DNA of 64,000 nucleotides from Flaccisagitta enflata. Its lineage: Eukaryota. Made by a program: the position numbers and the translations under genes. The stretch lies in the NCBI GenBank assembly GCA_965153355.1, contig OZ231126.1, positions 21,700,001 through 21,764,000 of the forward strand, written 5' to 3'. Positions 11,665 to 24,756 of this stretch are shown one piece after another. The notes below the pieces were generated by a model, which was given only the letters and a program-made list of their open reading frames with translations, was not told where the DNA came from and searched no databases. Each line of letters starts with the position of its first letter. Positions within the stretch are counted from its first letter, which is position 1.

Positions 11665-13765
11665 CTACTTGACAAAATTATGCATATTTTTCCGGTGAGT
11701 AGCTACACGTTGTGGGTCTTTTGTACTCCAATCACACAAACCACACTCGTAACCTCTTGAACTCGAATGGGCTTTTTTGTGATAGAAGATATTCGAGGAA
11801 AACATAGTTTTGAAGTCGCAAAGGTCACAATGCAGATAATCGTCATCTGAAGGTGCGTGTCGCTTTTCATGATTAGTAAGATATGTATGTTGACTCGTTT
11901 CAAAATCACAAATTTTACATCTGAATTTCTTCTCTTTATGGATCTTTTCGTGATGCTTCTTGTCGCCCTCAGTAGCAAATGACTTATTGCAGAAAGCACA
12001 GTTGAATGTTTTCACAGTATTATGCGCTTTTAGATGAATATTTAGAACCATTTTTCGGACTGCTTTGAAATCACATAAGGGGCAATGGTATGGCTTTTCG
12101 CGTAAATGAAATGCTCTCTCGTGCATATCACGATCAACCTTTTGTCGGAAGCTTTTGTCACAGAAGTAGCACAAATACGGTTTTTCCCCCGTATGAATGC
12201 GTTCATGGATCTGAACTTGCGAGGGACGACTTAGTTTCTTGTCACAGTATGAACAGGAGTAAGATGGTTCCCCATGTGACTTCATGTGTTTATTCAATAT
12301 TTTCACGGTTTTTGTGACAAATGAACACATTGTGCAAAATTTATCGGGAATCCCATGTTTCTTTTCGTCATGCCGTAGATCCTCTTTCACAGAAGTTCGA
12401 TATTCACACAGCGCGCATTTTAAATGTTTTTCTTTGTTATGCCGCGTCATGTGTTGTTCTACAGTATGATTGTTCTGAACTGTAACATAAGATGAGGACA
12501 TAACGCAAAAACTAAAAGGGCTAGCCAAATTCTGAAAATAGTCCTTGGAAGATATGAGTTTGCAGATTTTTGTTTTTTGTAAAATTTGATCCAATTAACA
12601 CATCATGCACTGGAGGGTAATTTCTGCAAAAAAGGATAATTTTGTTATGACTAAAATGAACTGCCGTCCTTTATATTGCTCTCATTTCTAAACGGTTAGA
12701 GCTACTGATCCCAGATTGGTCTCAAATGAAAGATATTTTGATGCAGTTTTAGGAGGAAAAATAAGAAAAAGGCATTTTTAAAGAGTTAACATGCAAAGTA
12801 TAAATGATATTGTCTTTTCAGGAGAAATTTTATGCAGAATTGACTTTCAGTTCACAAAATACAATCAAGACTCAAATTAAGCAAAGCTCTTGAGCTTTCC
12901 TCAAAAACTACTTTAAAAAATCTTTCATTTGAGACCAATCTGGAATCTGTAGCTCAATCAGTCGAAGAATGAGAGCAATTTAAAGAAAAACAGTTCAGTC
13001 ATCATCTCTTCAATTTTTTCATTTTTTTTCACTTTGCATATTTTGATCTCAAGTTAAAAAGGAACAGGAGGATCATATTTTTTCCAGAAAATCCTTGGAA
13101 TTTTCCAGCAATAATCTGCAAACTCATATTTTCCAAGAGCTTTTTTCAGAATTTTACTAGCCCTTCTAGTTTTTGCGCTATGCCCTCATCTCATGTTACA
13201 GTTCAGAACAATCATACTGTAGTTGAGACCGACTGTGATTCTTATAGTCACAAACGTTGCAATTAAGAATAGCTTTTTCGTCCTTTGCCTTTACGTGAGA
13301 TGCTGTATGTCGTTGAAAGTTGCACTCACTTGGTGTTTCATAAGTACATTGTTCACAACTGTAGATTTTTTTGTTTTCTACATGTTGTGTCTTTCGGTGC
13401 TTTCGCAATTCAATTATTGCATCGGCTTCGAATTGACAATCTTTACACGAGAATTTCTCCTTAAGATGTATTTTCTTGTGCCAGATGAGCGCAGACAAGC
13501 TCACGGTTTCATATTTGCACATATCGCAGGGAAAACTTGGCTTAATTTCTTCGTGCAAACGCAGCTCGTGGTCTTTCAATCTATGATTCCATTCTGTCTT
13601 AAAGTCGCAAAAACGGCATTTGAAACATTTGTCTTCTTTGTGAATTTCTTTCATGTGAGTGACAAGAGCTTTTTTCCCAGTTACTTTTAATTGGCAGATG
13701 AAATCTTTTCGTGGTAATCCAGGCGGTCTCTTGGCTTCGGGAGTTTCTGAAGTCATGATCATCAT
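11665..13765 (-). CDS. Tandem C2H2 zinc-finger protein (~15 fingers, 446 aa reconstructed), interrupted by a MITE; functional status uncertain
   Basis: Joining 13765-13220 to 12459-11665 gives one open frame and restores the finger CNVCDYKNHSRSQL|EQHMTRH (C-x2-C-x12-H-x3-H). HTGEKP linker present; GCCATG start with an in-frame stop just upstream. Confidence 0.9.
12462..13219. mobile_element. Tc1/mariner-type MITE (family 1), 758 bp
   Basis: Long imperfect TIRs starting CAGTATGATTGTTCTGAACTGTAACAT; TA TSD at 12460-12461 and 13220-13221; second copy at 1-672. Confidence 0.95.
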
Positions 13766-14176
13766 GGCAAGTTAAGCGCCAAAACGGCTTTATGTATTCA
13801 AATTCTAGAAGAGTTTTTTAGATGAGTATTGGTTTGGAATCCACTTTCTTGAAAATAAGGAGACTGTCATTGATCGATCCGAAAGGAAAACAAACGGCGC
13901 TATCACCAAATTCTGCGAGAGTGACGGAGAGAAAAGAAATGATTCATTTCAAATACATCGACTTCCCTTATGAAGAGAATCTGAGCATTGATCACCTGGG
14001 CTTCGGGTAATCCAATCCATATGAATGGTGGTGATCCAATTCTTATGAATGTGTTTTGTGAATTTCTGGAATCAATCGTCAAAAGGTTTTTTCTTCTTGT
14101 GTTTCAGTGTCTATCTATCAGTCTGTTTGTTCGTCCGTATATCGATCTATCTCTGAATTTATCTATCTGTGTGACA

Positions 14177-14512
<336 letters not shown>

Positions 14513-14715
14513 CCTATCAATAAAGTCCCATCAATTCAAAACACACTCATGCAAAGCAGGGCAACGGATATTGCTGCCCTTGGATGTCTGGCCCCATTGG
14601 ATTGAGGAAGTGACGCACAGACACCTAAAGCCATAACAGACGAACGAATGGACGGACGTGTCACACCAATCAACATACAAAAATTAGCAATTATTACAAC
14701 CACATTCCTGCGATT

Positions 14716-14923
14716 AAAAATAAGGCCAGATAGGCTACCCCAGTCGCATGCGGGTGGGCAGGGGTCGTAATTAAGGTCAATGCATCATTTGGGCAGGAGC
14801 AGTGAGACCAGAGACCGCAAAAACCCAAAGAAAGTAAAGTGTGATGGACGGACCGACGGACGGACCAACGGACCAAAGGACCGACAAAGCGGGGTGAAGA
14901 GTCGCGTAGCACGCGACTAAAAA
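14716..14923 (-). mobile_element. Helentron/DINE-like element (family A)
   Basis: AAGGCCAGATA...GCGGGTGGGCAGGGG...(GGAC)n...AGTCGCGTAGCACGCGACTAAAAA. Confidence 0.75.
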
Positions 14924-16882
14924 TCATGATTTCCAAGATCGAAAAAAAAGTTCTTAGAGACAGTGTCAGATTGACCAATACGTTTACCATGTAATTTTCT
15001 TCTGAAGATGGCCGTTGAGTATATTTGACAAAGTTCGTTCGTCCTTGGCTTTGGTCACCCTCTCAGCTTGGAAAGAGGCAACGACGCGTTGGTCATATCT
15101 CTCGAGCCAACAACCCTGAAGTGAGCCATTATCCAGACTAGAATCTCCTCTTTATCATCGAATATATCTCTCGCTTATGCGCCTCAGCCTGGCACAAACG
15201 CCGCGAAACCCCGCCATAACGAAAACGATGAGAGAAATAGAGAAAGAGATAGAAGGGGGAGGGGAAGGGGAAGCACATTGGATTGGATTTCAAACGTGAT
15301 GAAATGTTACTGCAGATAATAAGACAAGTGATGTGATCATCACATGGTCGAATGCCTCACATGCTCTGTACTTGCCATTTTTACGCCCAAGTACCAAGTC
15401 AGGAGACTTGTTGACGCCAAGTTGTTGCACTACATTGCATACCTTTCCCTCTCTTCCCTTACTGCCAACTCTGCAGACCCATTGCACCACGTCAGATGCT
15501 TGATATATTTGCAACTCTCATTCCATGGTGCCAAGAGTGTAGACTCATTGTGCTGTCTCTCGTGCCCCATGTCTGTCGTTCTCATCCCACAGTGCTGTCT
15601 CCTGTGCCCTATAACTCTTATTCTTATCCCAAAGTGCCAATTCTATAGACTTGTTAAATCAATTCACCTGTTTCATATTTGCTAATCTCATCCCATAGCG
15701 CCAAGTCTGTAGACTCGTCGCGCCGCCTCGCGTGCGGAATGTGCCAACGAAATGTGAGACAAAAACAATATATGGGATGAATGGGATGAACGAGGGGCTC
15801 TTCAGCGAAGAGGAGAGAAAGGATGATGACGGTCGTTGGCGGTTAATGTGGAGCAAAAAGGAAACATCCAATCTACCGCGTAGATGAATCCAGGCTGGTT
15901 AGTCCGTGCGGCGGGCTTATTGTAGGGGAAGATGTACTGTATCTTGGGCGTCTGCAATTGTACAACGCAGCGCTGCACAGTGGCTAGGATCTGACTTTTT
16001 TCTCTTCCTTACAAACACAAAGGCAAAGAATAAAATACCGCATTTGTCCCATACAGAATAAAAAAAAAAGAAAAAAAAAAGATGAGGAATGATGAAAAAA
16101 AGAACAACAAATGGCGAGAACAAAAGATAAACGTAGCCGCAATGATGATACCAGTAATACAAATGGGTTAGAAGCGGTACCGGGGGCGCACCAGTATACG
16201 CCATCTGCTGACGCCCGCGCGGCATTACATCACGAGATAAAAAGGCAAATCTCGTCGTTGCCTCATAAAGAAAAAAAGAGATGGGAAAGGAAAAGGAAAC
16301 GAAAGAAAGAAAAGAAATATATAATGTATCACCTTATGTGGTGGAGACTGAGCGATAAAAGACAAGAGTCTCAGGGTTAATGATGCGGTTGGTGGATGTT
16401 GATGGTGATTTTGATATGATTGTCCAGTAATGGTTGACTTTTTATGGTGTCGCGATGGTTGAGTGTCAGGTGGTGGTGCACAGATGAATAATGTTGATGG
16501 TTCACGATTGAACAATGCAATGCAACGATGTCTTTAGATTGTTTACTTTATTTTCATGATCACGCACTCATACCTATGCATACCAAATACGTCTTGCTCA
16601 CGTGCACGACTCGATTTGAATTTATCCAGAAGCTATGATCATAATGATGTTCCGAAGGAACTAGTTAGGGCTGTTATTTGCGGAAAGGTTTGAAGCAGCT
16701 ACTGCATTTGCCGTTACACTTCAGATTCAAGATGAACACAACCGAAAAGTAATGTTGAAATAGTATTTGAATGTGATGCGCATTCCTTACAGTCCTTACT
16801 TTCAATTATGAGTATGACTGACTTTTCCGGACAAACCAAATCACCATCATCTCATAGAAACCGATAACCTCGCGTTAAAAAC

Positions 16883-17123
16883 AAAACAAGGCCGGATACA
16901 CAGCTACACAAGTCGCGAGGGGATGGGCAGCGGCGGTGGCAAAAAAGGTTAACCAAGTTTTTGGGTAAGAGTGCAGTGAAAGTAAAATCGCCTAAAAACG
17001 CTGTGAAAGTAAATAATAGATGATAATAATTAATAATAATAAGTGAATAAGTATGACCTACCGACCAAGTAACCGACAGACAGACCAAGCGGGGTGTAGA
17101 GTCACGTAGCATGCAACTAAAAA
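16883..17123 (-). mobile_element. Helentron/DINE-like element (family A)
   Basis: Same termini and GACC/GACA microsatellite as other copies. Confidence 0.7.
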
Positions 17124-17480
17124 GTGAGAAAACGACGAGAAAGAGGTTCGAAAGTCGTTATCCGAGAGAAGAGAGAGAAAAACGAACGGCGTTGGTTCAG
17201 ACATCATTTCCCCACTGATGGCACACAAGCCTCAATAAAAATGCAGAAATTCTCGTAAATTCTCTTGGTTCCAATTACCTCAGAGAAGCCGAGTGGGAGC
17301 AAAGAGAGACGAAAACGCGCACAGGGGAAAAAAACGCCACTCATTGCCTTTTTTTTTTCTTTCTCATTCCCCAAAAAATCTATTTTTGCAATTTTGGTTG
17401 TCTGTTAGTATTTCTGATTGGCTTTCTATCTATCTCTCTATCATTCTGTCTGTCGGCCTGTCTATCTGTCAGTCTTTGTT

Positions 17481-17535
<55 letters not shown>

Positions 17536-17700
17536 TTCTGTATCTACCTATGTCTCTCTGTCTCCCTGTCTCTCTGTCTCTCTGCCTTGCTATAAATCAC
17601 TCACTCTCTCTTCCTTGCTTACTGCTTACTGCTTCAGACTTACTGCTTCAGACTTTCTGCTTCTCTTTACCTCTCTTTGGATCGCAGTCCCTTTTGCTGC

Positions 17701-18282
17701 TTTTTTGGGCAGCGGCCCCGGAGGGGCCGATGACCTATGCTTTCACACAGGGGAAATTTCTCCTTCTCCTTCTTCTACGTACCCCCCCTTGAGGCCCAAA
17801 TCCTAGCCTTGAGGCTCAAATCCCAGCCTCCAGCCTCAAATCGCAGTCTCCAGGCTTAAATCCCAGTCTCCAGGCTTAAATCCCAGTCTTGAGGCTCAAA
17901 TCCCAGCCTTGAGGCTCAAATCCCAGCCGTGAGGCTCAAATCCCAGCCTTGAGATTCAAATCCTAGTCCCAAGGCCCAAATCCCAGCCTGGAGGCTCAAA
18001 TCCCAGCCTCGAAGCTCAAATCCCAGCCTTTAGGCTCAAATCAAGCCTTGAGGCTTAAATCCCAGCCTTAAGGCTCAAATCCCAGCCTCAAGGCTCAAAT
18101 CCCAGCCTCTAGGCTCAAATCCCAGCTTCAAGGCCCCAATTCCAGCCTTGAGGCTCAAATAAAAACAGCATAGGTCATCGGCCCCTTCGGGGCCGCTGCC
18201 CCTCTAACTAGCTCACACCCATATACATTCACAAAGGGGCAACGGGTACCGCTGACCATCTAACGCTTTTGCGACTATTCTT
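17701..18282 (+). mobile_element. Helentron/DINE-like family B with 20-bp minisatellite
   Basis: 34-bp inverted repeat 17707-17740 / 18168-18201 (1 mismatch) around a GAGGCTCAAATCCCAGCCTT array, then a GGGCAACGGGTACCGCTGACCA tail. Confidence 0.8.
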
Positions 18283-18420
18283 CCTAATTTCCTCTGTTTG
18301 TCCGTTTCACATTCACTGACAGTATCTACACTTTCTTTATATCTCTTTCAATCTCCTCGCTTTTCGATTTCTACTTCTTCAGTTGCCGTCACGTCCCCTG
18401 TGTTCCCCGTTCACCATGCG

Positions 18421-18630
18421 TTTCTAGCCGCGTGTACGCGACTATATAACCCCCTTTGTTGGTCGGTCAGTTGGTTGGTCAGTCGGGTGGTTGGCAAGGA
18501 TTAGCTTTTTCGGCGTTCTGGGCCGGTTTTTTGCATCACTACTCCTGACCAAATGCTTGGTTAACCTTTTGTTTCACTGTTCTGCCCACCAGCATGCGAC
18601 TTCGGTGGCCGTGTATCCGATCTCGTTTTT
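18421..18630 (+). mobile_element. Helentron/DINE-like element (family A), diverged
   Basis: TTTCTAGCCGCGTGTACGCGACT...(GGTC/GGTT)n...GCGACTTCGGTGGCCGTGTATCCG. Confidence 0.6.
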
Positions 18631-18668
18631 CCCAATTCAACAAGCTGGTGTAAATCGTTGTTTGGTCC

Positions 18669-18705
<37 letters not shown>

Positions 18706-18797
18706 AATTCATGTGTTCTGATCACTGACGACAAGGCAACCAGGTCATAGTACAGTCACAATCCGGGAGTGTTCGCCCCTATCTTTGCATTCGCAAT

Positions 18798-19996
18798 CCT
18801 GGCCTCATGGTTCCATTTCTGGCCTCGTAGCTTCCTTCCTTGCCTCGTGGTTCCATTCCTGGCCCCACCGTTCTTTTCCTTGTGGCATTGTTTAATTCCT
18901 GGTTTCATGGTTCCATTCCCGGCTACATGGTTCATTCCTGGCCTGGTGATTCCATTCCTGGCCTGGTGATTCCATTCCTCGCCTCATGGTTCCATTCCTG
19001 GCCTCATGGTTCCATTCCTGGTCTTGCGGTTCAATTCCTGGCCTTATGGTTTCTTTCTTGGCTGCAAAGTTCTATCCCTGCCCTTATGCTTCTATGACTG
19101 GCCTCTTGATTTCATTGCTGGCCTGATGATTCCATTCTTGGCCTCATGGTTTCATTTCCAGCCTCATGGTTCTATTTTTGGCTTCATGGTTCTTTTCCTA
19201 GCCTCATGGTTCCATTCCTTGACCTGCTGTTCCATTCCTCACCTCATGGTTTTTTGTTTCATCCCAATGCACATAGATCCGTGAGCATATCATACCAAGA
19301 CAAAACTATAAGGCAGTACCTAGGGACGATAGCTATGGTATACAAATGTCCCCTAGTGTGTTTAGATCACATCTATATAGGGTTTTGCCTCCGCCCTGAT
19401 TTACCTAAGGACATTTTTTTGCTCAGGAAGTCATTAGGTTCACTATTTTTTTTTTTCATTTTAGATTGGAAATTTGTGAGGTTTTTTTATAGGTCCCTCA
19501 AATCTGGGAGCAAGGCTACCAAAGTTTACACAAGTCGTGTTCAATCCTCCCTGAAGCTTTTCCAAAAAGTTTGTGTCCTCCCTTATATTCTTAGTATTGT
19601 TTTTGAAGTCTAGAAAAGTAACAAATGAAACCAAAAAAACATTTTTTGCAACATTTAATTTTGAGCGAAGTAGTTAACTTCAAGGAGGAAAATGAGGCTT
19701 TGGATGAGCTAGGGCGCAGGTAAAACCATATATTTTCTTGCTTTCAGTGAGCAACTGTACCAGATTTTGCCCATGTTATAGGTCTAAAGTGCTGCCGTAA
19801 TTTTTCTTGTGGTGGTGTGCTCTCAGACCATAGTGCAATGGCTCCATTTTGGGCCTCATGGTTCAATTCCTTGCCTTGCGGTTCCATTCATGGCCACATG
19901 GTTCCATTACCTACCTTGTGGTTCCATTCCTGGCTTCATGGTACCATTCCTGGCCTCATGATTCCATTCCCGGCCTCATGGTTCGATTCTTGGCCA
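18798..19996. repeat. 20-bp minisatellite GGCCTCATGGTTCCATTCCT, split by a Transib-like MITE
   Basis: Tandem units at ~18798-19250 and ~19840-19996. Confidence 0.85.
19270..19835. mobile_element. Non-autonomous Transib-like element
   Basis: Termini CACATAG / CACTATG (reading inward), diverged TIRs, exact 5-bp TSD CAATG at 19265-19269 and 19836-19840. Confidence 0.75.
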
Positions 19997-20134
19997 TGCT
20001 GTCATAGTGCAAACCGGCGGTCAATTCTTCTCTTTTCTCGCGCTGCCGTTGAACAAATTTCCGGTTCGCTCGTAAGACTCTCATAGCAAGGCAGAGCAAC
20101 CGTCTCGGCTCTCTCTCTCTCATCTCATTTCCGA

Positions 20135-20522
20135 TTTTTGGGCAGCGCCCGGTGACCTATGCTTCCACTGTTATAGGTGATTTCTTCTCCTCCTTCTTCT
20201 CCACTCCCCCCTCCCCTTGTGAGGCTCAAATTCCAGCCTCAAGGCTCAAATTCCTACAACAAGGCCCAAGACCAAGTCTTAATGCCCTGGTTGCAGCCAT
20301 GAGGCCCAAAGCCCGGCCTCAAAGCCTAAATCCCAACTTTATGGCTCAATTCCAGCCTTAAGGCCCAATCCTCAGTCCTGAAGCCCAAATCCTATCCTAG
20401 GAGCGTTTTGATCCAAATTGCAGCCCAAATACCCTCAGACCATAAAATTCTACATCTCATCATCACAAACACTGACTTTGGGGCATCAGGTACTGCTGAC
20501 CATCTAACGCTTTTGCGGCTAT
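20135..20522 (+). mobile_element. Family B element, diverged
   Basis: TTTTTGGGCAGCGCCCGGTGACCTATGC head (same head and upstream flank at ~33455-33560), GAGGCTCAAAT units, GCTGACCATCTAACGCTTTTGCG tail. Confidence 0.65.
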
Positions 20523-21135
20523 ATCTATATCCTATGCAATATGTAAGTTGTAAAAATGTCGAAGTTTGGCCGTGAATAGATCCTATGATTGCTTTGATCT
20601 AACAGAGTCGTAAGAAATTAGCAGAACCAAGCACAGTTCACTGCGTACTTTGATTGTCATGGTGACATATCTACTAAGATAATCCTCGTGTATTTGAAAA
20701 AAAAATTCGCACTAAGCTATGGCAGGATATGCTACAAGAAAACTTCCTAAAATAGAAATCGCAACCACTTACCCGTTGCATGTTTTGATCGTATATTTTT
20801 CGCTAAGCTGTTGGTAGGTGACGATTTTGCTCTATAATACTTCCTAGTAACGGCCTGTATTCGTCAGATTGAAACTTCATTCTCCAAAAAGTCCTCTCCG
20901 ATTCTGTTTCGTCTATCACCACCACAACTGTTATTTCATTTTGATAGTAAAAAGAAAAAAAAATGGTACTGTAGGCGCAATTGTGCTGCGACGCTTAAGA
21001 AGTTATAGGTTTTCTAACTTTTGTTAGCGACTTAAAAAAAAGAATGACAAAAAATTGGATGCCTCTACCTAAAAGATGCAACCTCGATGGTCGAGTGGAT
21101 TACAAATCTGTTTATTTATTTGTTTATTTATTCAT

Positions 21136-21750
21136 CACTGTGCTTTTAAAAAAATTCTCAGTGGAAAGTCATATAACTGTGGGTTTGTCGGCATCTTTGA
21201 GCTGTATTGGGGTGTAAGAGCATGTAACTAGAAAAAACAAAATCATCCCCGAGCGCTTTTTGAGTAATCTTCAAAATAGAAAAAGATTAAACCTATCTTT
21301 TGTGCAGATTCTAATGAGTTGTATTGACTCATTTTTTTATTTCATATTGTTATTCTATACAAAATTTCCTTCCATTTGATAGGTCACACTATATGGTTTA
21401 ATATAGAAATTAGGTTTTCATATTTTGAGCCACCGTTACTTTTTTGTAACGGTGACTCAAAAAATGAAAATCTTAATTCTTTGCAAAAGCATAGAGTGCG
21501 ACCTATCAAATGAAAGGGAATTTTGCATAGATTAACAATATGGAATCAGAAATTTAGTCAACACATCCCAGAAGAATCTGCATTGAAATTAAGTCTATCT
21601 TTTACTGATTTTGAAGATTACTCAAAAAGCGCTCAGGGAATGATTTTGTTTTTGCTAGTCACATGCTCTTACACCCAAATACTGCTCAAAAATGCAGAAA
21701 AACCCACAGTTATATGACTTTTCACTCAGAATTTTTTTAAAAGCACAGTG
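21136..21750. mobile_element. Fully palindromic foldback MITE, Chapaev-like (CAC termini, 4-bp TSD)
   Basis: CACTGTGCTTTTAAAAAAATTCT...AGAATTTTTTTAAAAGCACAGTG; the arms pair all the way to a GTTAC-T run-GTAAC centre at ~21440; TCAT duplicated on both sides. Confidence 0.8.
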
Positions 21751-22339
21751 TCATTTATTTATTTATCTATCTATCTATCTATCTATTTTTGGAAATGGTC
21801 ACATTAGAGTAGATTTTGTCACGCTCACTATACTGATCTTGTACATGCACAAAACCGCAGAAATGTGGACATCATAAAGTTCATAAAATCATGTAGAAAA
21901 GTAGGAAAGTGATAGAGAAAACGACAATTCTTAACAGCATTAATCACTTTTATATACTGATACATTTTTTTTATTTCCTGCCATAGATTGGTTTACTGAA
22001 AGTCTCTATTAGGACGAAAACGGAAAAGGAAAAGGGAAAAAGGTGGGCGAAAGTGTTCACGATCACCCGTTCCTCCGTTGCAGTGTCTCAAACTAGCGTA
22101 ATTGGGCACTTTAGATTTATGGAGGGTGGAGTCATCACAGAACTGCTCATTTATATGCAAAGGCATCCAACCTATTTCTTTCTTGCTTCTATCATGCCCT
22201 CTCTTCGGTCTATCCAATTCTCTTCTATCCTACTAAGCCAATCAACTTCTTCTGTACGTGCCACTTAATCTATCTTTGCTGTCCATTTCTTCACTTCCTT
22301 ATTGATGTCATCATTCATTCTTTCATCAATACTGTTGTT

Positions 22340-22920
22340 TATTCATTCATTATTCATTCATTCATTCATTCATTCATTCATTCATTCATTCATTCATTCA
22401 TTCATTCATTCATTCATTCATTCATTCATTCATTCATTCATACATTTCTCCATACAGTCAAAAATTTCTCCATTTAGTCATTCATACTATTCTGGAATTA
22501 ATTGTTAGTTGATACAAAGATATGTTGATTGATTGTTTGTTTGATTGATTAATGATGGATTGATTGAGGGATGGATTGATCTGCCAACGAATAAAAGACA
22601 TATATATATATAACTCCTTCACTCATTCAATAATTCATTTTTTCATGTACTCGTTCATTCAATAAATGCATTTATTCATTCATCCATCCATCCATTCAAT
22701 TCATTTATTCATACATCCATTCATTCATTCATTCATTCATTCATTCATTCATTCATTCATTCATTCATTCATTCATTCATTCATTCATTCATTCAATCAT
22801 TCATTCATCTATCCATCCATCCATCCATCCATCCATCCATCCATCCATCCATCCATTCATTCATTTATTCATTCATTCATTCATTCATTCATTCATTCAT
22901 TCATTCAGTCATTCATTCTC
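22340..22920. repeat. (TTCA)n/(TCCA)n microsatellite blocks
   Basis: Direct observation. Confidence 0.9.
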
Positions 22921-23917
22921 ATATCCTTTTTGCTTCACAAGTGGCGTCGGGCAGTGAGTCTGGTCCCGTCCATCGTTGGCTTTGACCTTTGAGCTTCCTT
23001 CTCTCGTTATTCTCACCTTGGACTATTTCGCCCTTCCAAACTGCTCCTAACTGCTCAGAGCAGCTTCTGCTTCATACTCTCGTCCCACCATTAACCTCTG
23101 ACTTCTACTCTCCATTTTAGCCATTCTTTTTTTTTTATCTATTTCAAGTGCCTTCATCTTCCTTTCTATTGCCAGAGTAATTTTTTTTTCACAAGACGTT
23201 TTCATACATGAAGATTCTTTATATCATTATAGAGATTGGTTGCATAAGAATAAAGGCTTATGAGTTATGTATGTATCAAATTTCTTCATGATCGTAACAA
23301 TATTGCCACCAAGAAATTATGGTCATGTCATGATCTCCGCTTTCAAACTAACCAAGTCATGATAAAACTTGCTTTCTCTGTGGCACTTTAATCTACAACC
23401 ACCGATTAGCCTTCCTCAACAATCGCAGATCACTACACGCAATCCCCACTATTTTTCACCACTGACGATAGCCACCATCGGTCACTTCCACCATCAAACA
23501 TACGCACGCCGGTAAGTACCACTTATCTCGTACTCCGAGAAGCCTTGACCATGAGCGCCTATAATCATCGTTCACCCCTACTGATTTTCAAATCACCACC
23601 ACAAATAACCATAACACAGATCATCACTTCACGCTGATACAACCCTTTGCTCCCGTTAAGCCATAAAGACCAAATTCTTCCTATACCAGACGAGTGTACC
23701 TTCCCTCCGACCCACCTTTTACAGCAGGGTGCTACCACCATCAGACGGTCGTACTCACCTTCCCTCCGAAGAGCTATCACCCATCGTGCCCATCGCGCTG
23801 GGGTCCTTCCATTTGTATGCGCGGACCATTTTCTTTCTCGTTTAGGCTTTGAAAGCAGAGACTCCTTAGCACTCTTCCTTTTCTTCCTTTCGCCAAGAAA
23901 AAAGAAGATATGGAGGC

Positions 23918-24045
<128 letters not shown>

Positions 24046-24319
24046 GGACAGACAGGAAGTCAGAGGCAAACGATGGAGACAGAGAAAGAGGAAAAAACGT
24101 TTATAGGTTGATTTAGTGAGAAATTCGACCGTTCCAGTACAAAGTGCTGCCATTAAAGAAGAGGAAAAAACTGAGATGGTAAGAAGGAGCTTGATCTACT
24201 TCGGCAGTCAATTGGTCTCTTTGGGTTGCTCTGCCGCTCGGCTCAGTTCTAGTGCTTATTTCCCTTCAAAGTTTAAGGCCGTTTGAACGTTTCATCATTC
24301 TCACTTCTGTATGTTTTAA

Positions 24320-24538
24320 TTTTCAGTTGCGGACACGCAACTCTAAAAGAGGCTTCGTCCGTCCGCTGGTCCGTGCGTCGGTTTGTGATGAGTCTAAAAG
24401 TGGAAAAAATGATTGTTTTAATACTTTTTTTTTGTATTGGGGAAGTGGGAGGCGGGGCCGGGGGTTGGTGTGTGGATGGGAGTTGGACGCTCCTGCCCTC
24501 CCGTCTGCAACGATGTTGTTACTCTGCGTCACTTGTTC
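24320..24538 (+). mobile_element. Helentron/DINE-like element (family A)
   Basis: TTTTCAGTTGCGGACACGCAACT hairpin, GTCC repeats, ...GCGTCACTTGTT end. Confidence 0.65.
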
Positions 24539-24756
24539 TTCAACAGAGTTTATGTCCAACCTAGGCGTGACATTGTAAATTTCTAATGCCGGGCTCAGAA
24601 TTTAATTGAAATTCTTCCAGACAAATATGCTTTTAATTATAGTTCCTGTACTGCTCTCGGATGTTTGCGCACCCTCGCTGCCACTCACTTTCTGTCACAT
24701 GGTCTCGCTTCATCCCTCCTCTTCCACCTTCCCTGAAATGTCAGAATTTAAAAAGG

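Noticed and set aside
11665-12594. Stand-alone 309-aa ZF gene starting at 12594
   Set aside because: Its first ~45 codons are MITE sequence; it is the 3' half of the gene starting at 13765.
12460-13221. Perfect introner-style removal using the terminal CA|GT and TAG| sites
   Set aside because: That junction leaves a +1 frameshift; only more internal acceptors such as 12512 restore the frame.
15001-15130. CTGAAGATGGCC as a second hammerhead
   Set aside because: No matching stem II and GAAA core follows.
20772-20930. Possible minus-strand exon ending in GTAAGT
   Set aside because: All three frames contain a stop and no partner exons were found.
21744-21750. CACAGTG as a V(D)J recombination signal
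   Set aside because: It is a transposon terminus; no nonamer at 12/23 spacing and no gene segments.
22150-22300. Possible RTE-like LINE 3' remnant on the minus strand
   Set aside because: Only a vague W-spaced resemblance with stops; too weak without a search.
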